A stretch of 64,000 nt of DNA from Fimbriosthenelais zetlandica (taxonomy: Eukaryota). Each line of letters begins with the position of its first letter. Positions within the stretch are counted from its first letter, which is position 1. A program made the translations under genes and the position numbers. The notes under the pieces are model-generated. The model searched no databases, was not told the DNA's origin, and saw only the letters and a program-made list of their open reading frames with translations. Shown one piece after another: positions 13,511-37,100 of this stretch. The stretch is taken from contig OZ365109.1 of the NCBI GenBank assembly GCA_977030845.1, forward strand, positions 17,608,001 through 17,672,000. Reading direction: 5' to 3'.

Positions 13511-14158
13511 CGCGATAAAAAGTCTAGACAGTTTGTTTTTTCTGTCAATTTCTTAAATGAATTTTATAATGTTTAGAATCAGAGTCTTATAGTTATACTA
13601 CAATAATGACAATTGTCAATTCACTTGTGATTTGTCACCTTTACACATGAAGCACTCGTTTTAATATTCACCCAGTCAGTATGGGTTTTGTTTGTTTTGC
13701 TGACTCTGCTCATTCACGTCATGATGCCCACCATTCAGCACTGCCAGTGCCAGTGGCTCAGGCAACAGCGGCTTGTAAACGTCTCCCAAACAAGGATTAT
13801 ATCACTGCCCAGATCGCACCTTCAGCTTTAATTTCGTCAAGATATAGCTAACTGAAATATCAACCCCTCCATAAAGACCATGACTCGTGTCAGGACCGAC
13901 AGAAATACTAGAAATTTAATACTTACACATGACAGACCTTGCAGACCCACGAGCAATGTTTACCCTGCCTCCGGAAGTGGCTGATTGATCCGGGCACTTC
14001 CTTTAGCCTTTTACATTTATAATCCCCTTAAATATATTCACCAAATATTGTAAACATTAAAATGCCAAACTAATTATACGGTAAAACATCCATTTCAATG
14101 AATCTTATATATCATTAGGGATATCCAGTAACAAAATCCTCGGAAGGAGAAACGTTAC

Positions 14159-14269
14159 CTAAAGCTAGCGCCACCTGAACAAGAAACGGCCAGTGGTGGA
14201 ACTAGCGCACCACGCATGCGCGGTCACAACAGTGCCCACTTCCTTTTCGTGTAATATCGAGCAGTCAAG
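14159..14269. promoter_or_regulatory. Compact bidirectional promoter of ABHD8 and RPS15, with the RPS15 TCT/5'TOP start
   Basis: Pyrimidine tract CTTCCTTTTC at 14239-14248, 31 nt before the RPS15 ATG; NRF1-like ACGCATGCGC at 14212-14221; minus-strand donor AG/GTAACG at 14158 for ABHD8 exon 1. Confidence 0.7.
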
Positions 14270-16473
<2,204 letters not shown>

Positions 16474-16497
16474 AATGCCATCTGTACGTTGTATGTG

Positions 16498-16503
16498 AAT
16501 AAA
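16498..16503 (+). terminator. RPS15 polyadenylation signal
   Basis: AATAAA 24 nt after the stop codon. Confidence 0.8.
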
Positions 16504-18322
16504 AGCCAGGAAGTGAATCTCTTGACTCCGTTATCTCTTACTCAAGCTGAGAAAATATGAACTAGGTTAGTGAGTCGCTTAAATGTACAAAACTTAACAG
16601 GGTTCCCACTGGACAGGAAAAAGAGGATAGTCAGTACAAAGTTTTGGGTAAAAGGTTCGTAAAAAGCGTTAACGATCAGGCAAAATAATTATAAATCTGT
16701 TAAAACCTACATTTTCATTTTGCTTAACTTTAAGATGGGGCTCAGTATAAAACGTAATTTAATACAGTGATAATCATTATTTGTCGGGAACTAAAGTATA
16801 ATCAAGTCAGTAAATTTTAACAGACGTTAGTGGGTACCCTGAATTATGTTGCTTGTTCTGGTTTGGCATTTGTTAGTTCGGTTCTTCGTTTTGTTTAATA
16901 TTTTTTGTTTAATATCTCCTCGCATTATGTTTTTGGGAAGGGGTTAGGTCAGTCACTAATTATAGGTGTTTGTATTAGACCGATGAATATGACAGATGAA
17001 TGCAATCGTGGTCAGGCTATCACAAATGAGGCTTATTAGTCTCAAATAGCCTCAAAACCATGATCCACCTTTTCTCATCATGACAAATATAATGTCATAA
17101 GTGAATAATAGGAATTGCTCCATGGCAACCTTAACAAAGAAGTTAAGCAAGCTTATCAAAATACAATCGTAGTTTGACAAAATGGATCCTTGGCTTGAAA
17201 GTCCCAGATCAGAACATTTATTCAGCCAAAGAATGCGAATGCACCGTGCTGGGGTAATTCTAGCCACAAATTTCTTTTAGCAAAAGTCAATTTGAAGCAA
17301 ACGATTCGAGGTAAAAAGCCCTTTCAAAATCAATATAGGCGTAATTTTTATTTCGCAAACTTTGCGAATAAGCCGTTTTCTTTTAGTAAAGTAGAATTTT
17401 TATTCGCAAATTGCGACAATGCGAACGGGTAGAGCGAGCCCAGGCACCGAAAATGTAAACCCGCCCTCCCTCAGTATGCTCCAGGTGATTTTATTGTGCA
17501 GGTATCCCATAGATCTGACTTATGAAACTAGTCATTAAGGGATTTTGCCTAATCTTGTTTTTTGAAACATGGCCAAGTTCTGCTCAAGGCCTACTTGGAG
17601 ACCATGGCTTGATCTATCACGCATTGTAAATGTTGTTGACTACGCCTATATAACATTGAGTCTGACCTCTAATTACATTAAATCAATGTGATTCATATTA
17701 TTTAGACCATTTTGTATCAACCTCAAGAATATTAAGTTTTCAAAAATCCAAATATCCACTGGCTAAGATCAGGGATTATGCTTTTGGAATCTAAGCTTTT
17801 ACATGTTCGATTTAAAGGAAGGGAGTTATTTCCAAGGTCAACACGCAAATTATTTAAGTAAACAGACAGATTTGGGGTCTTTAGAAAAGATTAAATCAAT
17901 CCTAACCTTAATGATAGATTTTGGCACATGTGAGGAGGCATTTAAATAAGATTTAGTATTTAGTATTGGCGTTACAAAAAGAATCTCCAACATGAAGTAA
18001 TTACGTGCATTTGGAAAATAATTCCTATTAGTTGAAATGATTCAACCTTTCTTAGAAATATTTAAAACATTATTTCAAAACAATACCGCTTTATATTTTT
18101 TTATATTTTATTAAAAATATTGAACTGAAAAATGAGGTCAACAATATTATTATTAGTTTATCACAGGACTAGAAAAATACACTTGTACATTGCATTGACA
18201 AAAAATATCAATCCACTTCAATGTACCTGTGTATGAAATATATTAACAAATCATAAATGCAGTATGAAAACAATACTATGTACAACATTATATCACTTAG
18301 AAGTTAGTTTAATTAAAAATAA

Positions 18323-21300
18323 TTAATATTTAGTACGAAACCGGCTCACAATATAAAGTACAGTAGCACCGACATACATGAGCATATTATCATAATCTGG
18401 AGCCACATAAGAAAGAGTTCTATATTGTGAGATATATTCAGCGTAGTTGGCGGCCCACACATGGCTGTAGGTCTGGGTGGATTTATCAAGACATCTAACA
18501 CGTTGCGAGAATGGCTCGACTTTTGACGATTGCCTGCTAATGAACTGTCCTCGGGTATCATTGGCTAAGTTAAAGGCTTGTTCTATGTCCGAGGAACCAG
18601 TTGCACCTTCAGAGGTTGAGGCTGCAGCTTCATTGCCTTCCATTTGCTCGTTTTGATTTGTCTCTTCACATTCCTCCTGTTCCTGTTCTTCCTCTTCGTC
18701 TTCCTCCTCCTCTTCTTCATAGTCACTATCAGACGGCCTCCTTGGCCTGTCATATTTTGGATCCAGCTCCATCATGGCCTTCACTTTTTCCATCATTTCC
18801 TCCATGTTGATCACCTTCTCTTCACTTGGTGTTATTACACAATCATCTTCTAATTCAGGTCCCTCCCTTGCAGGACGAACAACTGCATCACCTCCAACTG
18901 TCTCTTCATTGACTGTATCACTAATAATATTTGCAGCAGTGTCTTCAGACACATTTTCACTAACATTGCTATTTGTTGCAGCAGTGTCACCAGGCACATT
19001 GTCACTAACATTGCTATTTGTTGCAGCAGTGTCTTCAGGCACATTTTCACTAACATTCGTATTTGTTGCAACAGTGTCTTCAGGCACAGTTTTTGTTGCA
19101 GCAGTGTCTTCAGACACATTTTCACTAACATTGCTATTTGTTGCAGCAGTGTCACCAGGCACATTGTCACTAACATTGCTATTTGTTGCAGCAGTGTCTT
19201 CAGGCACATTTTCACTAACATTCGTATTTGTTGCAACAGTGTCTTCAGGCACAGTTTTTGTTGCAGCAGTGTCTTCAGACACATTTTCACTAACATTGCT
19301 ATTTGTTGCAGCAGTGTCATCAGGCACATTGTCACTAACATTGCTATTTGTTGCAGCAGTATCATCAGGCACATTGTCACTACCATTGCTATTTATTGCA
19401 GCAGTGTCATCAGGCACATTGTCACTAACATTGCTATTTGTTGCAGCAGTGTCTTCAGGCACAGTTTTTGTTGCAGCAGTGTCTTCAGGCACATTTTCAC
19501 TAACATTCGTATTTGTTGCAACAGTGTCATCAGGCACATTGTCACTAACATTACTATTTGTTGCAGCAGTGTCTTCAGGCACATTTTCACTAACATTACT
19601 ATTTGTTGCAGCGGTGTCTTCAGGCACATTTTCACTAACATTTCTATTTGTTGCAGCGGTGTCTTCAGGCACATTTTCACTACCATTGCTATTTATTGCA
19701 GCAGTATCTTCAGGGATGTTTTCACTAACAGTATTTGTTGCAGCAATGCCTTCAGGCACATTTTCAATAACATTATTTCCTTGATTTTCATTCATCTCCC
19801 CATTACAAACTTGGGATCGATTGTCAACATTGTCTTGATCTTCCACGGTACCATCATTAGCTTCCGGAACTGACTGCTCATTTTCAATACCATTTTTCTG
19901 AGATTCATCGGTGCCCTCATTTGGTGCTTCATTGGATATTATGTTCTTGTCCGAAAGAGAAGCACCCTCTGGGGTTACAGGAATGAGTGCTTTATCTTCT
20001 GGTTTTTCATTTGATTCGGCTACATTCGATGAAACACACATTTCAATTTTGATATTGTTAATGACAGTGTCCATCTTTAAATTGTCCATATCTTGGCAGA
20101 TCCTTTCAGATTCAGTGTCTACAACCTCTGGGGGATTGTTCACCTTTTCTTGTACTATAGATTCTAGATTTTCTGTTGTATCTTCAATAACAGATTCTGT
20201 CGCCTTACATTCCTCTACCGCAGCCCTAACAGCAGCAGCAGTAACAGCTGCAGCTGTAGTAGAAACAGTCTCTAGCATTTGGCTCTCACTTAGTTCCACA
20301 TTATTGGTATCATTTTCTGTAGTGAAACCATCAGTTTTAGCATTGCTTTCAGTGTCATTTTCACTTCCTGATGGCCCCTCGCTTGTTGAGGTTGTTTCTC
20401 TTTGATTTTCAATAAGTTCATTTGACTCCTTGGTTATATTTTCTTCATTACTTTGTTCTAGATTAGTCATCTCTTGCTGGGTTGTATCGTCTGTGAGCTC
20501 AGCTTTTGGTTGACTTGAGTCATCTTTAATTTCAGATTCTCCTGTGGCCTCTTGGGTAGTGTTATGGTCATTAGATCCACTTTGTTCGGATTGGTTATTT
20601 TCACCCTCTTGCCCCTCTGCTTCTGTCTTTTCTGCTCCTTCTTTCGCTGCTTCTGCCTTTTCTGCTCCTTCCTTCTCTACCCTTTCTGCTTCTAGTTTCT
20701 CTGCCTCTATTCTTTCTGCCTCCCTCTTCTCTGCCTCGATCCTCTCCATTTCTTTCGCCTCAGCCTCTCTTTTTTCAATCTCTGCCAGAATGGCCAGGAT
20801 TTCTTCATCATCTTCTATAAGTCGAGGTCCGCTGAAGTCGGAGATATCTCTCCCAGTCAGGCTTAGCCTCACAGTCTTGTAAAATCCATGTTCCTCGTCT
20901 TCGCATCCATCGAAGTAAGGGGAGAGAGGATCTGACTGGTTTGGGTAGTAAAAGAGGAAAAGAATTCCTTGTACACAGTCCACTAGCCCAAAGGTGGCCT
21001 CCCATTCATCTAGCAGACTGAGGCAGACATTATTGCACCTGGATGTAGGGTCTATGTTGGGATGGTAGATGTCTGTGAGGCAGGTCAATGCTGGGGCTTT
21101 CTTGGGGAAATCATGACCGATCTTTACCTATATTTCAGAAAGAAGTTGAATGTATTATAACAAAATTCATTATATGTTTGTGATATTCCCAATTCTACAC
21201 TCCCACACATTGATGGTAATGGACCCTTACAGTTTATTGCATCATAAATCAGTGATGGAAATTAGGTTATGTGGGTGATACTATTGTTGTGCAATATTTC

Positions 21301-21946
21301 AATGCTCTAGCAGGTCTATTAATCATATGTTTTGTGTTGTGCCCCACCCTCTCACTAGTCCATTTTTGCTACCACCCCAACTAACAACGGAGGAGGCCTA
21401 ACCAAAAATATATTAATTAGCTCAACAAAATTTTCCAATTTAATTTTCCAATCTTTTGATATGACTGCCTCACTTTTGACACCCTACACAGTAATGAATC
21501 CGATTGGAATATTGCATGAATACCTGACTGGTGTACGTTGAACATAGTATTAGTAGGTCAGCGAAAAGGAAGTTTAATTTTTTTGTAGGCATACTATAAA
21601 GGGGTTATTTGATTTAAATAATAGGCCTATGCTGCTGGGTAATGCATTTTACAATCCCAAGTAATGTTGTGTTAATTGTGAAACGATATTAAAAAAAATA
21701 TTTTCATTGATATAAAAACTTATTCAGCTTAAAATTAAATAGGTAATATAAATAATTAAAGAGTAAATGATTAATTACCTTGAACTTGAATTTCGCTCCA
21801 TGGTAAGGCCCTTCTTTGGGTGTAACATCCAGAAGGATCCAGGAGAGAAAGTCCGAATCATAGTCCGAAACCTGCACCTGACCGTCCGTGAAAGAATTCA
21901 CAGACGTCAGGAATTTATAGCAGTCTTTAGCTCGAGTGGAAACCAT
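18323..21946 (-). CDS. Ubiquitin-conjugating (E2/UBC) family protein, Ubc12/UBE2M-like core, with a long acidic repeat-rich C-terminal extension, about 990 aa
   Basis: Exon 1 21946-21779 (56 codons, ...VTPKEGPYHGAKFKFK) joins in phase 0 to exon 2 21127-18323 (VKIGHDFPKKAPALTCLTDIYHPNIDPTSRCNNVCLSLLDEW...FLFYYPNQSDPL). The HPN motif and putative catalytic Cys (VCLSLL) are intact. Confidence 0.88.
18931..19765 (-). repeat. Coding minisatellite: 45-bp (15-aa EDTAATNSNVSENVP) and 30-bp (10-aa EDTAATKTVP) units with a 165-bp higher-order repeat
   Basis: About 19 units plus a partial. The diagnostic GTCACCAGGC variant recurs at 18986 and 19151, 165 bp apart. Confidence 0.95.
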
Positions 21947-22212
21947 GATGATTACTCTGTATCGAAGACTATTGAACTGATATTAGAAATATATATTTCT
22001 CTTCCTACAATTGATGTATTTCCCCTATAAACTGTTTGGGGATTTTCCAGAGCTTTGTAAATTTCCCCAAGGCAAATGTAAATAATGCCTGGTGTATGAG
22101 CAACTATGGAATAAGCATTGGTATCGGAGTGGTATTGTAACCAGTGTATTACTTCTTCCTGTTTGGATCTCTGGTGCTTGGAATGAAGTGCCGAGTCTGT
22201 GTGTGGTACTAT

Positions 22213-22397
22213 ATTTATAAGGTGCCGCTCTGAATGGTGCGCTTGCACAACACCGAGTCACACTGGAGCTGGCAGAGAGAATGCCTGGAAAACCCCCCAG
22301 CCCCATCAGCTGGCCGGCAACGTGTCACAACATGCCGGTCTGTTTACAAGGGATACCCAGCCCAACCTCCTCCTGGGCTCCGCCCCCTTTGACGTCA
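22213..22397 (-). promoter_or_regulatory. Probable promoter of the E2 gene: TATA box, GC box and full CRE
   Basis: Minus-strand TATAAAT at 22219-22213; GC box at 22378-22387; palindromic TGACGTCA at 22390-22397. Confidence 0.55.
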
Positions 22398-23677
22398 GAG
22401 CTAAATTTAGAAAATGATGAGCATTAGAGAGATACTAGAGACCTCTGTTGGTATCGGGAGGAGCTTATGTTTGCATTGGAAGCTATTAGAATGGTGGTTC
22501 TTCATTTGATCAATGGACTGGATCTCTATGCCACGCCCATAATATGATCCCACTCCCCCACCCCCACCCCCACCCATCTAACCACCAACCCACCCACACC
22601 TCACTTCAGACATAGCTGCCTCTACCACTGGCTATATAATATATGGAACTTACGCAATGTCTCACTGTTAGTGTTATATTCTAATGTCATATATAGAAGT
22701 GCTAGGCCAGGTAGGGATTGAAAATGGTAAGGCCTTCTTCAGTGGTTATTCAACTCCAGCTGTCCGAGGCTTTCAATATCCTAAAAAGTTGTTTCAGGCT
22801 CTATTAATTATTTTCAACTTTCTTAAATCAAGGTATTCATAGAACAAATCAGTATAGATTTTACTACAATTATTTTTATTTTATTTTACCGTTCAACATA
22901 CATCATAGCTGCAAACAAAAAGATATGGAAGACCAGCTTCGTAGTAGGAGCTAGACAGACAAATACATGTAGTAGAAATGAAGTTTCTTGCTATATCAAT
23001 TCTATTTATTTCATTTTTGAGATTTTTTTACCGTTGTCAAATTCATATATTTTTCCAGAATTTTTCCTAATTAACTAAAGTTTTTAAACAATTTATCTGC
23101 TAATTGTCATAAATACAAGTGCTAGAGTTATCATGTTCATTGGTAGCATTCAAATCAGTACATATAGAAACTAGTAGGCCTATTTATTATTCATGTATGC
23201 AGTGTTGAACTTGAGATCACAATTATTAAGCAAATTAGCAAGTGATGTCAGTAGCAGACTTCCAGGTATATACACGTACCTGTATTTCATTACATTTACA
23301 ATTAATTTGGAGTGATAATGAACATTTTCTCCTATATGGAGAAATAACATGTATACCCAAAACAATGTCAATGTTAAATTTGCGAGTCGGGAATATATTT
23401 CAATTGACCATCAGAAAATAAAATTTGATGAATAACGTTACGATAGATAAATATTGATCGACTAGAATAAAAAAAAAGTACATTAGTTGTCCACACCAGA
23501 CGAACTGAGTGTGAAACTGGCACATATAATTAACAGAGTACGCTCTATCTCATTAATAATCAGGTTCAATTTTGCTCCATTTGCTTGGTTTTGAGAGCCT
23601 AATATACAATATGTATGACCAATATAGTCTATTGAAAGCTTCGCGGTAGAACTAATATAGCAGGAATGATTTCGGGT

Positions 23678-33453
<9,776 letters not shown>

Positions 33454-34031
33454 GATGTTAACTGAAAACAAGAAAATAAACGAGGATTAATTTTTATTTA
33501 CGGTATTTGTACCCTAACTTTGACTGCGTTAACCCCTCTAATTTAGTACGGTACCGGTAGGCCTACTACTAAATTAGAGTTACGAATAGTACAAGATTTA
33601 TTATATTGTTGTTTGTATGCCTAAAAGTAAATTATTTAATAGCATAGATCTGCCTACCGGTACACAAAACACTATAGTGATTAGTGTAGGCCTGAGCCAT
33701 TTTCTCATATTTTTTTAACTTCGTCTTAGTCCAAACTTTATTTATTGTCATTATTGTGGCATTTATACACTATTTATACATAGGCCTACTGAGAGAATAG
33801 CCTCAAGCTGAGATGATGTGAACTTGGCTATTGATGCCGGTAGGCTAAGGCCAAATCTTGTGCTGTCTATGAATGAACATGATTGAAATGAAGAGATGGC
33901 CATGGCAGAAGCCAACTTCACTTGAGATGATAAGCGTACCGGTATATAACGACTATAAATTGACTAAAATGACTTTTATATATCACAAAAAGCCAACAGA
34001 ATAAAGCCGGTCACTAGGAAACCCACCTCAC

Positions 34032-34172
34032 CTCAAGCAGTGGCTCTCCTTTGTGAACAATCCCGAGATTGGCATCATGTTATGAAATCGTAGCAGGCTG
34101 AAATGTGAAAAGGATTCCCCGTCCTGAATGACGTCACGCACAGCAGACCTTTAACCTAGTTCGGGATTCCCC
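34032..34172 (-). promoter_or_regulatory. Probable ERCC6 non-coding first exon and proximal promoter
   Basis: Donor GAG/GTGAGG at 34031 and acceptor at 33461 just ahead of the ATG at 33453; CRE TGACGTCA at 34129-34136; kB-like GGGATTCCCC at 34163-34172 and GGATTCCCC near 34112. Confidence 0.5.
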
Positions 34173-37100
34173 TTTGTTTCATTTATATTATGGCCTTTAT
34201 GGCCTATTAGGGTGATATGACCAATCGAGGATATCATATTTTTAAATTCTTAGAATTATTTCATTGAAGAGATTACATTTCTTTGCTGGTTTTACTTTGA
34301 ATCGAGAACATGTTTTCCATGTTCATATTTGATCCACTAGGTGGTGCCACTAGGTTTTGCTCCAGCAAAAAGTTATAAAAACGGCAGAAACAAATACTTT
34401 TTCTTGATTATGGAACACACAAATGCGGCAACATTGATTTGAGGACTACATGGATCTACATGTAGGCCTACTGGGTGTCTATGTCTAGGTCCTTCACTGA
34501 AATCATAAATGCAACTTTCTCTGTTCCTTAATGCCTCGTTGTAACTATTACTGGACGTTTCAACGGGAGACATCTTTCTCCAAGGACTTATTACCGGAAG
34601 TGGGGGAGCCACTGTTGTTGATTGCGAGCTGTAGCAGTGAGTGCTGTGCTGCTTTTGTTCCATTTTTGTTTTGTTTATTTTGAGAGTTTTCCTCCTGCAG
34701 CGCAATATTGGTAAGTCTTTCTCTCACTATTGCATTGTTGCCTTTCTTGCAGTGGTTATCGGCCGTTTATTTTATTCCTAACGTAGAGTTTGCTTGTTGA
34801 TGACTAAGAAGATGTCACTATCTCGAGTCCCGACCACCACTGAGTGAGTGTCAGCCGTGGACGTGGTCATAGCCCGAGCTGAAGTTGAACGGGGTCTGAG
34901 TGATACACTGGTCGGGGCTAGACAAGGGGCAGTGGTTAATCGACTCATCTTCTGTTGCCACATTTCCAATGTATTCAAGTTGATGCTAGAGCTGGTTTTG
35001 TTGTGAATTGATCTGCCATAATAATTTCTTTGATAGTATTAATCATGTAGGCCTAGGCCTAAACTTAGTCCTGGGCCTAATAGGCTAATATTATCCAATG
35101 TACCATGATAGGCCTAGGTCCTAGCCCCTAGCCCCTATCATGGTAATAAATTTATTCTAGTGCGAGGTAGGCCGCACGGCATATCACTGGTATGTGTATT
35201 CTATGACTATGTGTGTGATAAATTCATTACCCTAGCCTGGGCTACATTACATAGCCTATGTCTATGCAACCCGGTACCCTGGACTTGTCCCAGGTACCCT
35301 ATGCCCCACCTTAGATATATAATATAGCCTATAGGCTATAATAATATACGGGTAGCTTTAATGACAGATGGACCTGCTCATAAAGTCAGTACAGTAGGCT
35401 TATAATAGGATTTAGGGGTGCATGTATTGGATGATTTCTTTTTGTAACAGTTTGACCTGTCGTGTTATAAAATACCGTAGCCTTTGTTTAATATTATTAA
35501 TTTTCGATCCTGATTTGAAATATATTTCATTGTCGTCTACTAATGATAAAAGTGCCATAAAAATATCAGATCACAGTTTTTTTGAGAACTCGACTAAGAT
35601 AGTAATAGTAGTTACAAGTCACTATTTGGGCTACTATAACGTCCTCGTGATCAGATTAGTAATACCCACATTCCTCCAGGGTCGCCCACTAACAAAACGA
35701 TATTTAAATGAGCTGAAGATCTTCATGAGAGCTATGGCTATTTCTGATATGAGAGGACTCCATTATTTCTGTTGTTTGGTCCACTTGATTGCACATGATT
35801 AGATAATACATCGTGACCTGCCCTCATTTATTACCCACACTGAGACCAAGGCATGCAATGGCTCCGTTTTCTGCCGATCATGACATGCTGCTCGCTTTGT
35901 TCATCCTGTATTTAATCTCATTGGTAATGACGGCATCAGGATATTCCATCAAGTGGTTTCTACCCGATTAATTAAAAATTAACAATGTTGTAAAAACCCA
36001 GTGCCATTGGCGGTGTTGACTGATTGGGTTCTGGAGGCACTTATGGTTTGCAATAGCCGTAAACCTCAGTAAATCGGCTCGCTAGGGAAAGGTGCCTTTT
36101 TGTGTGGGTCTTGTATTTATGTGTATTTGGCGGTAGGAGACATTTCTATGGGTCTCGCTTTACACAATTAAACCTCGGCCGGCTTAAAATATAGGATGGC
36201 TGCCTCTGTTACAAGTGTGGTTCTTCCATTAAAGTGGATGTAAAATTGTTTCTTTTAACAAAATCAGGAACCGTGTGTAACACCCAAAGAACAGGCTTTA
36301 ATCGGCAAGAAATTATCTTGATAATGATTCTTTAAAAACCCTTTAAAACTTTAAATGTTTTAGAAGAAACAACAATCATCTGGCCTACTGCCTTTTAAAA
36401 TCGCTTCACATAACTTGGAGTGGAAACTGATAAGATTGCATTTTGGAATGTCTATATTTCTTTTGAGAATCCACACATGTGTCTGAATGGGTTAATACAT
36501 CATTGGGAAAGGGGGAGAACCAGTTGTCACTCAGTGAATACACTTGGGTATATTCATGCCCTTTCCCCTTGTTCCCCTTATTTTCATGACTCACACATCA
36601 AGCAATGACCCCAAAATCCAACTCCGATCTACATGCTATTTCCCCTGACCTGATCTATTTTTAGAACTTGAGTAAAAGAGTTCAGTACACAACAAAATGA
36701 CGAGTGGGGGTCTCACATTCACTCCCTACCTCCCTCCCTGCCCCTCACTCACTCACCCACTCGCCCTCTCACATTTAAAATTTAAAACCAAATTTAATCT
36801 GGATCAATGGCAGAATTCAACAGGACACATGGTTCCCGTCGGTACACCCGCCTGTTTCATTTGGTACCAGTTGCTGAATGTATCGAGATGACAGAAAAAA
36901 GTCTGGTGAACCCAAGATCCCTCTTCACCCATGCCGTGTAGTCTCAGAATTTAACAGAAACCCCACAAAATACGACGGAAAAAAGGGGAATAAATTGGGG
37001 AATAAAAGAAAATGGATCCACTGAATTGGAAAGTGATCATGATTCATCAATCTATACGAGATTTAGACAAAGATAGGATAGAGATGAGTGAGAGCGTTTG

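Noticed and set aside
18774-19784. 336-aa hydrophobic plus-strand ORF and two further repeat-frame ORFs (18850-19386, 19393-19686)
   Set aside because: These are shadow frames of the E2 coding minisatellite; stop-free repeats open long ORFs on other frames and strands.
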